Assembly (NCBI GenBank): GCA_963706575.1
Contig: CAVPNL010000009.1
Location: 192,001 to 256,000 of the forward strand
Length of the DNA: 64,000 nt
Direction of reading: 5' to 3'
From: an uncultured delta proteobacterium
GTDB lineage: Bacteria; Desulfobacterota; Desulfobacteria; Desulfobacterales; JAHEIW01
This document shows positions 48,637-58,708 of the stretch, piece by piece. Under the pieces are notes generated by a model, which was given only the letters and a program-made list of their open reading frames with translations, was not told the origin of the DNA and searched no databases. A program made the translations under genes and the position numbers. The first letter of the stretch is position 1. Each line of letters starts with the position of its first letter.

Positions 48637-48972
48637 ATGGAGTTTAGCATAATACCGGATAAAGAGGCCCTGAGTAAGTGTGCATGGTGCCAGAGCCATA
48701 TTGCCGACCATATGGAAGTTTTTGGTTTTGGCGCAAAGCTAAAGTCGAATTTTGACCTGTCTGAATATGAAGGCCATTGCATTGAGATCGGGCTGGCTTC
48801 AGATGAAAAGTCTGTTTGTATGATGGTAACAGGCCAGGGCTCGGAAGCCAAAAATGAAGGTAAGGACGCTATGTTTTTAGTTTGTTCTGAAAAGTGCGCT
48901 AAAAAGCTAAAGAAGGTTCTTGAACAAGGAATTTCTTTAGGCGAGATGTTCAAAAAAGTATGGTTCGATTAG
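48637..48972 (+). CDS. Hypothetical Cys-rich protein (CxxC...CSxxC, possible metal binding)
   Basis: CAWC and CSEKC; GAGGA RBS. Confidence 0.65.
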   Translation: MEFSIIPDKEALSKCAWCQSHIADHMEVFGFGAKLKSNFDLSEYEGHCIEIGLASDEKSVCMMVTGQGSEAKNEGKDAMFLVCSEKCAKKLKKVLEQGISLGEMFKKVWFD

Positions 48973-49081
48973 GCATCACTGCTTACCAATAGAGGACAAA
49001 TAGATGTCAGAGAACTGGAAATGCATTACGCCGCCGACCCGGAGTTTCGCAGGTTTTCCGGTATGAACGCAACTCAACACG

Positions 49082-49835
49082 CTAAGATTCTTTTTTCTTA
49101 TTTAAAGGGCAGACTTTCAAACATTCATCACACTTAAGCCAGTAATGATATCCGGCCGTATTGATAACTCTCTCAATATGCTTCAGCCCCTGCTCATCCT
49201 TAAAAGCGATCGGATAGATTGCGTGCTTTATGCAATAATGCATGCACTTGGCTTTATTAAACTCCCCGTGGTCTGCAAAAGCATCGGGTGGGCAGACCGT
49301 GTGGCAGGCATTGCAGCGTTTCGGGCACACCTGTTTGCGGATCACCGGGTCGCCGGGCAATTCAGCGCTGGTCACCACCGCCCCCAATCGCAACAGCGAA
49401 CCGTATTGGGGGTGATACATAAGGCCGCTGCGGCCGAACACCCCGAGTCCGGCACAGACGGCCGCATGTTTCAGGGAAATGAGCCCCCACGGTTCCATTT
49501 CATGATAAACCAATGGTGCGTAGCTGGGAATCGGAACCGCCAAGATGTTCTGCCCGGGCTTCAATAAAATTGCAAAGCGACAGGGCCAGCTCGTCCAGGT
49601 GCATATAAAGCGTGTGATAGCTCCGATGCAGCACATACAGATTGTAATCGGGTGACCGCAGCATGCCCTGCGGTACGGTTATCCCGAACACAATCACCGT
49701 CCGGGCATCCTGGCAGGCATTGGCGGGATGATGCATTTCCGGGGCATTATTAAAGCGGTCTGCCGGTGCAAAACCAACAGCGCTAACATTTTCCCCCAAA
49801 TGATTAATAATTGCTTCCTTTAAATCAACTGCCAT
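49082..49835 (-). pseudogene. QueG/reductive-dehalogenase-like 2x[4Fe-4S] protein, split by a frameshift near 49542
   Basis: VGFAPADRF in one frame; SLKHAAVCAGLG, CNACHTVCP and CDECLKVCP in the other; removing one base rejoins them. Confidence 0.8.
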
Positions 49836-49899
49836 ATCTAGACTCTCAATCTTCTCCCGGCGCTTTCAAGCTGACCGGGTTTATTAGAAGCCATCCGTA

Positions 49900-50778
49900 T
49901 TAAGCATCACTGATGCGCTCAAAAACTTTTTTAACGGCTGCAAAGTCCATGTCGGCCAGACCCTGCCCCATGCTCTGGCGGTAAAGCTGGAAGACGGTGT
50001 GCCCGATGGGTGCCATGGCCCCATTTTCATCGGCGGTTTGCAGCGCAAAGCGAATGTCCTTGGTCATGTGTTTCAGCGGAAATTGGGCTGAAAAACTGTC
50101 ATCGATCAGCATCGGTTTCTTAAATTCGAAAAGGGCGCATCCCATGGGACCCGCAAGCATGGTCTCCAGCATGGTGGCGGTGTCCAGGCCGCATTTTTGC
50201 CCCAGGTTGACGGCCTCGGAAATGCCGGCGGCCATGATGCCCAGAAGCAGATTGACCGCCATTTTCATACTCGAGCCCTGGCCGGCTTCACCGCAATAGA
50301 CCACTTTTTTGCCCATGCACATAAACAGGGGCTCTAACTCGGTGACTTTATCTTTGGGGCCGCCGGCCAGAATGACCAGGGCACCTTCCTCAGCCGGTTT
50401 GCGGGAGCCTGAAACCGGTGCGTCAATAGCCGTAACCGATTCGGCGGTAAGTTTTTCGGCAAGCTGTTTTGAATACGCCGGTGAAACCGTACTCATGTTG
50501 ACCAGGATTTGGCCGGCCTTCATGCCGGCCATCAGGCCTTCGGGTCCTTCCAAAACCGCATCGATGGCTTCCGGGCCGGCCAGCATCAATATGATCACAT
50601 CGGATGCTTCAGCCACGGCTTTTGGTGTTGACGCCACGCTTGCCCCGGCGTCGGCCAGGGGCGTTGCCTTTTCACTCGAACGATTAAAAACGGTGAGTTG
50701 AAAATCGCCTTTCGCAACGTTTTGGGCCATGGGCTGACCCATAATTCCCAATCCGATAAATCCGACGTTTAATGCCAT
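49900..50778 (-). CDS. NAD(P)-dependent beta-hydroxyacid dehydrogenase (3-hydroxyisobutyrate/GarR family)
   Basis: GFIGLGIMG, DAPVSGS, catalytic K in MKMAVN. Confidence 0.92.
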   Translation of the reverse strand: MALNVGFIGLGIMGQPMAQNVAKGDFQLTVFNRSSEKATPLADAGASVASTPKAVAEASDVIILMLAGPEAIDAVLEGPEGLMAGMKAGQILVNMSTVSPAYSKQLAEKLTAESVTAIDAPVSGSRKPAEEGALVILAGGPKDKVTELEPLFMCMGKKVVYCGEAGQGSSMKMAVNLLLGIMAAGISEAVNLGQKCGLDTATMLETMLAGPMGCALFEFKKPMLIDDSFSAQFPLKHMTKDIRFALQTADENGAMAPIGHTVFQLYRQSMGQGLADMDFAAVKKVFERISDA

Positions 50779-50802
50779 TTTTTCCTCCTTAAAAAAAAAT
50801 TC

Positions 50803-50896
50803 TAAAACCTATCTCAAAAATAGTAAATCATGCCTCCCGCTTCCGCGGGACAACGCTGCCATTGGGTATTAGATGCATTTTTGAGATAGGTTTTTA
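50803..50896. mobile_element. MITE-like element, same TIR family, copy D
   Basis: taaaacctatctcaaaaat ... atttttgagataggttttta; overlaps the stop codon of the creatininase-family gene. Confidence 0.78.
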
Positions 50897-51988
50897 GTAT
50901 GGCCCAATTCTGGGCAAAGAGTAAACGGATTTCCAGCCCGGTGAGCCGGGTTCCTTCAGATACGGTTCCATCTCTTCGCGTGTTCTGAAGGTGGTGGCCT
51001 CCGGGTCGGGAACCTTACCCGTCGGCCAGGTCCTTAAAATATCATCACACAACAGGTCGATGTATTCGATGATGGCCACCACTGCCCGCGACGTTTTACC
51101 GGCTTTTGCCAGACTGGCTCGGCCCACCACGGCCTCGGGCGTGGCGACCAGCTCAAGGGGCAGATCCCCGGCCCGGGACCGATAGGTGTTGGGTCTGATG
51201 AGGTCCTCGACCGATTTGTCGAAATGACCGTCGGGCAAATATTTATGCCCGGCCATCAGATCGGTGTCCTGGGCGTGGCGCATTTCGACCATTTCCGGAA
51301 ACAGCTCGAGACCCAGAGAGGTCTCGGCTTCATCGGCATGCACAAAGCGGTCTGTGAGTTTGCCGCCGTGTTCTGTGGTTTCAAAAAATTCACGGACCGC
51401 CCGGTGCCATTCGAGGGCAATGTAAAACCCCGGCAGTTGATAGGTGTTCATGAAACGTTTGACGGCTTTTTCGATCTCATTTTGCTGCGCATGGTTATTG
51501 ATCCAGATCTGTTTGCGGAAACCGTCGTTCCAGAGACCGTACATGACTTGCATAATGGTCTGTTCGAAAGCCTCATCGCTGACCATCACCGTCCCGTACA
51601 TTCCCTGGTGCCATGGCGGATGCACACCATAATTGATGGGCAGGGCCAGGTTGACCGGCGGTTTTCCGGCTTTTTTCTGTTTGCGCCGAACCGCTTCGGA
51701 TATTCGGCTGACCAGCAGGGTATCAAAGGCACTGACCGTGTGCAATCCGTGATTTTCGGTGCAGCCGACCGGAACAATCACAATGTCGTTTTTGCGACGG
51801 TTTTCAATGACGTCCTTTCGGATGGTATTCTGGATGTAGGAACCCGCCTTATCCATCTCGCCCGGAGAAGGAACCTCACATTCCTTCATGAAGTTTTCGA
51901 TTTCGGCATCGGACATGTTGTAGATGCGCTCTTTGAGCTGTCCGACCGCCGTATCCTCAAACAGAAACCGGCATTCGTTGGCACTCAT
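50894..51988 (-). CDS. Creatininase-family hydrolase, IolN-like (3-dehydro-scyllo-inosose hydrolase)
   Basis: PVGCTENHG, GLWNDGFRKQI, HADEAETS, LPDGHFDK, PEAVVG. Confidence 0.75.
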   Translation of the reverse strand: MSANECRFLFEDTAVGQLKERIYNMSDAEIENFMKECEVPSPGEMDKAGSYIQNTIRKDVIENRRKNDIVIVPVGCTENHGLHTVSAFDTLLVSRISEAVRRKQKKAGKPPVNLALPINYGVHPPWHQGMYGTVMVSDEAFEQTIMQVMYGLWNDGFRKQIWINNHAQQNEIEKAVKRFMNTYQLPGFYIALEWHRAVREFFETTEHGGKLTDRFVHADEAETSLGLELFPEMVEMRHAQDTDLMAGHKYLPDGHFDKSVEDLIRPNTYRSRAGDLPLELVATPEAVVGRASLAKAGKTSRAVVAIIEYIDLLCDDILRTWPTGKVPDPEATTFRTREEMEPYLKEPGSPGWKSVYSLPRIGPY

Positions 51989-52115
51989 CTTAAAACCTCC
52001 TTTAGTTCATTCGCAAAGTTAGCTCAAGTCAAAGGCCTGAGGTTTCAGGCTGGAAGTGAATGCCGAACCTTGAACTTACCAATCAACATTACAGAGGCTT
52101 CATCTTCCCGATGTA

Positions 52116-53033
52116 CTAATCTAAACCTGACATGGCTGAATCTTTAGTTTTTATGCCCGCCAACTCCTCCATCAGGGCCACCAGGCCGAAATAGTCCAGC
52201 TCGCCTTTGCCGGTGGCCTTCATGGCCCCGTAAAGTTGACGGGTAAGGGCCGTCAGGGGAATGGGAACATCCATCTCCCGTGCGGTGTCCAGGGCGAGAT
52301 CAAAGTCTTTGGCCATCTGGTTGACGGTAAACATCGGGGCGAACCCGCGCTCTTTTAGTAATTCAACCTTAAATCCAATCAGCGGGGAAGCAACCACACT
52401 ATTGTTGATAATATCGATCATCTGGTCCCACTCGATCCCGCCGCGTTTACCAAATGTCAGGGCTTCGGCAGTCATGGCGGAGGTAATGCCCACCATCATG
52501 TTGACCAAAAGCTTCAGGTAGCGGGCCTGATCTCCCGGCCCCATGTGAAACACTTTCCGGCCCAGTTTTTCAAAAATACCCCGGCATTGATCAAATGCAT
52601 CTTCAGGGCCGGAGACTAAAATGGTCAAGGCGGCAGTAACCGCCGATTCGGTGCTGCCGGATACCGGTGCTCGCAGATATTGCGCACCGCTTTTTTCGGC
52701 TGCGGATGAGATGCGGGCCGATGTCGCCGGAGAAACCGTGCTCATGTCGATGTAAATTAGGCCCGGCCGTGCGTTTTGAAAGATTCCCTGCGGCCCGGTG
52801 GTCACCGCTTCCAATGCCGGGTCATCCGGGATCATCGAAATGATGATATCTGCCTGATCGGCAACTTCAGCCGGTGAGTTTGCCGGAGTTGCGCCCTGTT
52901 CCGTCAATACGCCCATGGCCGCCGGCACGACGTCGTAAACCGTCAGCTTATAGCCGGCCTTTAACAAGTGGGTTGACATGGGGGTTCCCATTTTTCCGAC
53001 CCCGATCCAGCCGAGGTTTGGTTTTGTATTCAT
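52116..53033 (-). CDS. NAD(P)-dependent beta-hydroxyacid dehydrogenase
   Basis: GWIGVGKMG, APVSGS, LKLLVN, KDFDLAL. Confidence 0.92.
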   Translation of the reverse strand: MNTKPNLGWIGVGKMGTPMSTHLLKAGYKLTVYDVVPAAMGVLTEQGATPANSPAEVADQADIIISMIPDDPALEAVTTGPQGIFQNARPGLIYIDMSTVSPATSARISSAAEKSGAQYLRAPVSGSTESAVTAALTILVSGPEDAFDQCRGIFEKLGRKVFHMGPGDQARYLKLLVNMMVGITSAMTAEALTFGKRGGIEWDQMIDIINNSVVASPLIGFKVELLKERGFAPMFTVNQMAKDFDLALDTAREMDVPIPLTALTRQLYGAMKATGKGELDYFGLVALMEELAGIKTKDSAMSGLD

Positions 53034-53115
53034 ATACCTGTCCTTTCAAACCCAGCGATATGAATGTGGGCATGGCGATGACGGAAGGTTTTTTTAGCAT
53101 GCGGGCAACGATGCG

Positions 53116-53514
53116 CTACTCGACAATTTTATAGCCGGCCGACGCCAGGGAAGATGCGGCATAAATAAAGAGAATTTCGCACGCTTCATCAAATGGATTA
53201 TACAACCAGTGGACGGCGCCCTTCGGCACCCATACCGTATCGCCGGCAACGATTTCGATTTCTTCGGTACCCCCCCCGACCCCGCCAATGCCCTTGCCGG
53301 ATAGGATGTAAAAGACTTCTTCGGCATCGGGATGGATGTGTTTTTTATGGTATGAGGTTTTGGGCTCAAAGCGAGCGTAACCAAAGGTCAGGTGCTCGGC
53401 CCCGCCCATCTGCTCATCCACAAGGACGCGGCGCAGCGCAGATTCCTTTTTGGATTTCATCAGATCTTTGATGGGCTCGACTCTGCCGTCTTCAAGCTTG
53501 AGGATATGCTTCAT
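53116..53514 (-). CDS. Cupin domain protein
   Basis: HIHPDAEEVFYILSG, PKGAVH. Confidence 0.9.
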   Translation of the reverse strand: MKHILKLEDGRVEPIKDLMKSKKESALRRVLVDEQMGGAEHLTFGYARFEPKTSYHKKHIHPDAEEVFYILSGKGIGGVGGGTEEIEIVAGDTVWVPKGAVHWLYNPFDEACEILFIYAASSLASAGYKIVE

Positions 53515-53573
53515 CTTATCATCACCTTAGAAGTGATTTCAAAAAAATGTTACAAAAGTCGTAATTAATATGG

Positions 53574-53676
53574 TTTCAGGTGTCAGGTGTCGGGTGTCAG
53601 CATATAGATGACCGGGGGAGAATTCGATGCGTCTCGATTGCCCTGATACCTGACACCCGAAACCTGACACCTGAAA
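53574..53676. repeat. Tandem-repeat palindrome, TCAGGTG 7-mer family
   Basis: tttcaggtgtcaggtgtcgggtgtcag / ctgacacccgaaacctgacacctgaaa. Confidence 0.85.
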
Positions 53677-53714
53677 TATGAACGTGTTTCGTAAATTACT
53701 TGCGGGACACAACA

Positions 53715-54788
53715 CTAGGCATTGGGGTGCACAATAACCTTCACTGCCCCTCCGATTCTTTCAACAAAGGTCTTAAATGCTTCATCGATTTGATCCAGCG
53801 GAAAAGAATGTGTGGCCAGCTGCTTTAATGATATGCGCCCCTGGGAAAGCATCGACACCGCCCGTGAGCAATTGGCCCAGCCTTCGCCCCGAATCGAAAA
53901 AATATGGATGTTGCGCGAGCCCATGGTGGAAAAATTGGCAGAGACCGGCTTTTCAGGGTATCCGACCAGCAGGATTTTGCCCATGCGTTTTGACATTTCA
54001 ATGGCGGTTTGAATGCCCTGGTCGGAACCGGATGATTCAATTACCAGGTCCGCTCCGATCCCATCGGTTTCATCTCTGACCACCTGAACGGCATCTTCAT
54101 TTTTGACATTAATCAGTCGGTCGGCCCCCATTTTTTTGCCCATCTCGAGACGGCTGTCGCGGGTTCCGGACAAAAATATTTTTTTGGCACACAGGGCCCT
54201 GGCCACCCCCACCGATACCAGCCCCAGGGGTCCCGGCCCGATTACCGCCACATTGTCTCCCACCACATAGCCGCCGGTGGTTTGAAAACCATAGAGCACA
54301 CAACCTAAATTGGTGATCAGCGCAGCTTCTTTGAACTCGATGCTATCCGGAATCTTGTGCACGGTGTTGATATGATTCAGCGCATACTGGGCAAAACCGC
54401 CATTGGTGGTAAAGCCATTGGCGCGATGACCTCTTTTGAGATTGCCGTAATTCAGACAGGCGGTATAGTTGCCCAGCCGGCAGTTTCGGCAGCGGCCGCA
54501 GCCCAGGCTGGCCTCAACCGCGACCCGATCCCCGACTTGAAGCTCGTCTACGGTATCGCCCACCGCCGCGATGGTTCCGGCATATTCGTGGCCGATAATA
54601 AAGGATCCATAGGGCGGCTGTGCTTCCCAGGGCTCCTCGATGAGAGCCACATCGCTGCCGCATACGGCGGTAGCCTCGACTTTGACCAAAACGTCTTGCG
54701 GTCCCGGCCGGGGGGTGGGCATCTCTTTCACCTCCAGTTGATTTTTGCCCATCAGCACAACGGCCTTCATTTTATCTGGGATTGCCAT
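53715..54788 (-). CDS. Zn-dependent alcohol dehydrogenase (threonine/sorbitol DH-like)
   Basis: CGSD, GHE, CGRCRNC..C, GPGPLG. Confidence 0.92.
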   Translation of the reverse strand: MAIPDKMKAVVLMGKNQLEVKEMPTPRPGPQDVLVKVEATAVCGSDVALIEEPWEAQPPYGSFIIGHEYAGTIAAVGDTVDELQVGDRVAVEASLGCGRCRNCRLGNYTACLNYGNLKRGHRANGFTTNGGFAQYALNHINTVHKIPDSIEFKEAALITNLGCVLYGFQTTGGYVVGDNVAVIGPGPLGLVSVGVARALCAKKIFLSGTRDSRLEMGKKMGADRLINVKNEDAVQVVRDETDGIGADLVIESSGSDQGIQTAIEMSKRMGKILLVGYPEKPVSANFSTMGSRNIHIFSIRGEGWANCSRAVSMLSQGRISLKQLATHSFPLDQIDEAFKTFVERIGGAVKVIVHPNA

Positions 54789-54961
54789 GGTTTGTTTCTC
54801 CTTTCGCCGGGCTTGATATTTTTTATGCCCTTAAGACATTTTTCCATTTTCCATGTTAATTGAAGTGAGATTCGGGGTTTCAATTACAAGAAAAAAACAT
54901 CAACTTGCAGGGATTCACTTTTTATTGTATTGATTAGTTTGTCAACACAAAATTGCACTCA

Positions 54962-54977
54962 TTGCTCATATGAGCAA
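54962..54977. promoter_or_regulatory. Perfect 16-bp palindrome, candidate operator in a divergent promoter region
   Basis: TTGCTCATATGAGCAA. Confidence 0.55.
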
Positions 54978-55025
54978 CCGGTTAACTTAATGCAAACCGA
55001 TTAAATTTAAACGGGGGACAGAATT

Positions 55026-55460
55026 ATGGATAAAATTGGCCTTATTATTCTTGCGATCTTTGCCGGGATGAGCAACGGCTTCCAGGCACCGGTCAATGCC
55101 GCTTTAGGCAAATTCGTGGGTGTCGTTGAAAGTTCCTGTATTTCATTTAGTGTCGGCGCTTTGGCCATGCTGGTTGTTTCTCTGGTTGCCGGACAGGGCA
55201 GCATTTTAAAAATTGTCGATGCACCTCCGTATTTATGGATTGGCGGATTGCTGGGCGCCTTCTTTGTTACAACCGCTCTTTTTGTAGTACCTAAAATCGG
55301 GGCGGCCGTCATGATTGCTTCTGTCTTAACGGGCCAGATGGCGGCAGCGTTAATTATTGATCAAACCGGCTTGCTCGGGATTACGAAAAATCCGATTGAT
55401 CTGTACCGTATCGGAGGGCTTGCCTGTCTTGCTGTCGGCATCAAATTGTTATCAAAATAG
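55026..55460 (+). CDS. DMT family transporter (YdcZ/DUF606)
   Basis: QAPVNAALG, WIGGLLGA, GQMAAALIID. Confidence 0.88.
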   Translation: MDKIGLIILAIFAGMSNGFQAPVNAALGKFVGVVESSCISFSVGALAMLVVSLVAGQGSILKIVDAPPYLWIGGLLGAFFVTTALFVVPKIGAAVMIASVLTGQMAAALIIDQTGLLGITKNPIDLYRIGGLACLAVGIKLLSK

Positions 55461-55489
55461 GTCAGAACAATTTTTTAAGGACAATAAAA

Positions 55490-56362
55490 ATGCAAGTCAC
55501 CGATCACATCCATGCCTTAAAAATACCGTTTAAGCTGCGCGTGGGCCCGGACAAAACGGTGGACCGACTTGTTTTTGCCTATCTCATCTATGGCGATCAA
55601 ATATGTCTGATTGACAGTGGCGTTGCCGGATCCGAGGCGATAATTCTGGAATATATCAAACAGGCCGGCCGGGATCCTCAGGACATTGCCCGGATCATCT
55701 TTACCCATTCTCATGCAGATCATATCGGTGGTAGCCGCGCGCTTAAAAAGCAAACCGGTTGTAAATTGGCCGCCCATATCGATGCCAAACCCTGGATTGA
55801 AAATGTGGACCAGCAGTATGCGGAACGACCCATCGGGAATTTTTATGATCTCGTCGCGGGCTCGGTCGAAATTGATTCAGAGTTAAAAGACGGCGATCTG
55901 GTGGATCTGGGCGACGGCAGAACACTCGAAATATTCCACACCCCCGGTCATTCAAAAGGCTCTATCTCTCTTTTGTATAATAAAGACAGGGCGATATTCA
56001 GCGGGGATGCCGTTCCCAAGCCAGGTACCGTGCCGATTTATGAAGATGTGGCAACTTCAATTGAGTCCATAAAGAGATTAAAACAAATTGAAGATCTGGA
56101 GATCCTGATGGCTTCCTGGGATGATCCCCAATTCGGTGCCAGCGTATACCCGTCCATGGATGCCGGATTGCAATGGTTTCAACAGATCCACGAAGCGGTT
56201 TTGGCCGAAACGGCCGGATCGGATGCTTTAGACCCAGAGGACCTCTGCGCCCGGGTTTTAAAACGGCTGGGTTTTCCGGAAATCCCCCTGGTTCCCATTG
56301 TGGTCACCTCAATCGGGGCCCATTTGAAACTGCTTGACCGGCAAGATTTGATAGCGGATTGA
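55490..56362 (+). CDS. MBL-fold metallo-hydrolase
   Basis: THSHADHIGG, HTPGHS, SGDA. Confidence 0.88.
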   Translation: MQVTDHIHALKIPFKLRVGPDKTVDRLVFAYLIYGDQICLIDSGVAGSEAIILEYIKQAGRDPQDIARIIFTHSHADHIGGSRALKKQTGCKLAAHIDAKPWIENVDQQYAERPIGNFYDLVAGSVEIDSELKDGDLVDLGDGRTLEIFHTPGHSKGSISLLYNKDRAIFSGDAVPKPGTVPIYEDVATSIESIKRLKQIEDLEILMASWDDPQFGASVYPSMDAGLQWFQQIHEAVLAETAGSDALDPEDLCARVLKRLGFPEIPLVPIVVTSIGAHLKLLDRQDLIAD

Positions 56363-56487
56363 TTCTCATTGTAAATCTTGACAAGTAAAATTTGCGCATT
56401 AATTATTCTGAACCTATTATATTAAACGATAGATGAGCGTCCAAATTTAATTTGCGTTTAATTTAACAACGAAGGAGATGGATTGCG

Positions 56488-56976
56488 ATGAGTACGGAGG
56501 AAAGTCCCATTAACGGGTAAAACGATTTTGGCGGTTGACGACGAACCGGATGTGCTTGACACCTTGGTGAGAATTGTTAGAGCATGTGCCAGGTCATCAA
56601 AAAAACCAATTATGATGACGCTGTTGAATACTTAAACAGCGACAGTCCGGATCTGGCGATTTTGGATATCATGGGCGTTAACGGTTTTGAACTGCTGAAG
56701 CTCTGTGTTGCGAAAAAAATTGATGCCGTCATGCTGACCGCCCATGCGTTTTCAGTAGAATCGCTTAAGGAATCCCTCGACCTGGGGGCCCGAGCCTATC
56801 TTCCCAAAGAGAAAATGGCCGATATTGTTTCTTTTTTAGAAGATGTGGTCACCATGGAGCACAAGGAAAACTGGCAGCGCCTGTTCAAACGTTTGGGCGG
56901 ATTGTTAAATGCCACCTTTGGAGCGGATTGGAATAAAGAACTGATCGAAATCGGACCGTTCATTGTGCCGGAATAG
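56488..56976 (+). pseudogene. Response regulator receiver protein, 5' end frameshifted
   Basis: AAGGAG + ATG 56488; GKTILAVDDEPDVLDTL in a shifted frame; LDIMG, LTAH, YLPK downstream. Confidence 0.8.
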
Positions 56977-57036
56977 GTTATCGGTTATCTGTTATTTGAA
57001 CCAAAAACCTGACCAATAACCAATAACGGATAACTA
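56974..57036. repeat. Tandem-repeat palindrome, GGTTATC 7-mer family
   Basis: taggttatcggttatctgttat / ataaccaataacggataacta; starts on a TAG stop. Confidence 0.75.
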
Positions 57037-57057
57037 AAAAGTGTCTCCAGACACTTT

Positions 57058-57369
57058 TTATGCGTGTTCCTTCTTAAATTTTTTCGCAATGGCCACAAAA
57101 TCATACGAGGGATAGACCTCATAACGGAAGGCGCCCCAGGCCTTTTTTTCAAAAAACAGGTTCACATTGCGAATGGCGTCCGGTTCCACGCGCAGCTGGA
57201 TAATAAAGCCAAAAGACATCGCCACCACCCAGGAGACCAGTTCCGCTCCTTCCGGGGGAAAGTCGCGATAAAATCCGGTTTCCTTGGTATGGGCCAGAAT
57301 TTGATCCAGGTTTTTGGCCTGGTCATGATGCAAAATTACCGTTAAGAGCACTTTTTGATCCGATGCCAT
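57058..57369 (-). CDS. Conserved-looking hypothetical protein (possible dimeric alpha/beta-barrel)
   Basis: HDQAKNL, FPPEG, AWGAFR.E.YP.YD; AGGAGG RBS. Confidence 0.7.
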   Translation of the reverse strand: MASDQKVLLTVILHHDQAKNLDQILAHTKETGFYRDFPPEGAELVSWVVAMSFGFIIQLRVEPDAIRNVNLFFEKKAWGAFRYEVYPSYDFVAIAKKFKKEHA

Positions 57370-57381
57370 TTTTCCTCCTTT

Positions 57382-58623
57382 TCAGGACTTAACTGTCTTT
57401 ACAATTTCGACAAACTCATCTTCAGTCAGCACCCGCTTCAAGTCATGCGAGGTTTGTTTTACTTTTTGAAGAACGGCCATTTCCTCGTCTTCATTTAGCT
57501 CAATGTTCAGTTTCCGGGTCCAGATGCCGATATTATCCAACCCGCTTTTTTTACCCATGAATATGTCCGGGGGCGTGTGACCGACAAATGCAGGATTCAC
57601 CGGATACACAATCGTCGGGTCAACTTGAAACACGTTTTTGTACCATCCGGTCACGATTCCGGATTCGATGTTATAGGCGTAATCACCGATAAAGGGCCGA
57701 TTCTTGGGCACTTCAATCCCGGTAAGTTTCTGCACCAGTTTGGACAGTTCATTGAGTTTGCCAAAATCGATTCCGACATCGATCCCATAAAGGGTCAGCA
57801 GCGCCAGGGCGGTTTCTTCCAGCGGGGTGTTGCCCGCGCGTTCGCCGATACCCAAAACCGTGGAATGAATCACCTCGGCGCCGGCCAGCACGGCATTGAT
57901 GGTGTTGGCCACGCCCAGACCGAAATCCGAGTGGAAGTGGATCTCCACCGGCGTATTGACGCGCTCGATTACCTTCTGGGTAAAATAGGTGGCCGCATGC
58001 GATGACAGCACACCAAAGGTGTCAACCAGGGTAAAGGCATCCATATGGCCTTCGGTGGCCACTTTCTCGACCAGATCCAGCAGCCAGTTCATATCCGAAC
58101 GGGTGGCATCGATAGTGAAAAATACCGTATACAAGCCGGCCTTTTTAGCGGCCTGGGTGGCAGTGATGGACAATTCGACCGCTTTTTCCAGTGGCCATTT
58201 ATAGCCCTGCTCGATCAAATGTTTGCTGGACGGAATTTCAATGATAATACCGTCCACGCCGCAATCAGCCGCCAGCTCGACATCCGGAATCATACAGCGC
58301 GCAAAGCAAAAGATCTCGGCATCCAGGTTGCGTTTGACGATTTCTCGAATGGCAGCCTCGTCATTGGGGGATACCGCCGGCATACCGGCTTCGATGCGGT
58401 GAATACCGACTTCGGACAGCTTTTCGGCGATCTGGATTTTATCGTCCTTTCTTAAAATGATCCCGGCCTGTTGCTCTCCGTCACGCAGGGTAATGTCATG
58501 AATTTTGACGGTCTTGGGCGGTTTAAAACCCTGGGTGACTTCCTCCAAATAGTTCCAGGAGCTGACATACCAGTTATCGGTTTTCCAGGGCTGCCCGGTA
58601 TTATTCTTATCAGCTTGGCTCAT
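57382..58623 (-). CDS. DRE-TIM metallolyase (homocitrate/isopropylmalate synthase-like, HMGL-like), no regulatory domain
   Basis: DITLRDGEQQ, HFHSDFG, GIGERAGN, GKKSG. Confidence 0.88.
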   Translation of the reverse strand: MSQADKNNTGQPWKTDNWYVSSWNYLEEVTQGFKPPKTVKIHDITLRDGEQQAGIILRKDDKIQIAEKLSEVGIHRIEAGMPAVSPNDEAAIREIVKRNLDAEIFCFARCMIPDVELAADCGVDGIIIEIPSSKHLIEQGYKWPLEKAVELSITATQAAKKAGLYTVFFTIDATRSDMNWLLDLVEKVATEGHMDAFTLVDTFGVLSSHAATYFTQKVIERVNTPVEIHFHSDFGLGVANTINAVLAGAEVIHSTVLGIGERAGNTPLEETALALLTLYGIDVGIDFGKLNELSKLVQKLTGIEVPKNRPFIGDYAYNIESGIVTGWYKNVFQVDPTIVYPVNPAFVGHTPPDIFMGKKSGLDNIGIWTRKLNIELNEDEEMAVLQKVKQTSHDLKRVLTEDEFVEIVKTVKS

Positions 58624-58708
58624 GGTTTTGCCCTCCAATGTTGAAATAGAGTATATTTATTTTAAGATTTAGAAGTGGTTTTAAAACCTCAGATCAGGTT
58701 CAAGGGTT

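Noticed and set aside
49500..49636. Programmed ribosomal frameshift in the QueG-like gene (and in the SDR at ~63171)
   Set aside because: No slippery sequence or stimulatory structure is visible; similar single-base insertions recur, which favours assembly error.
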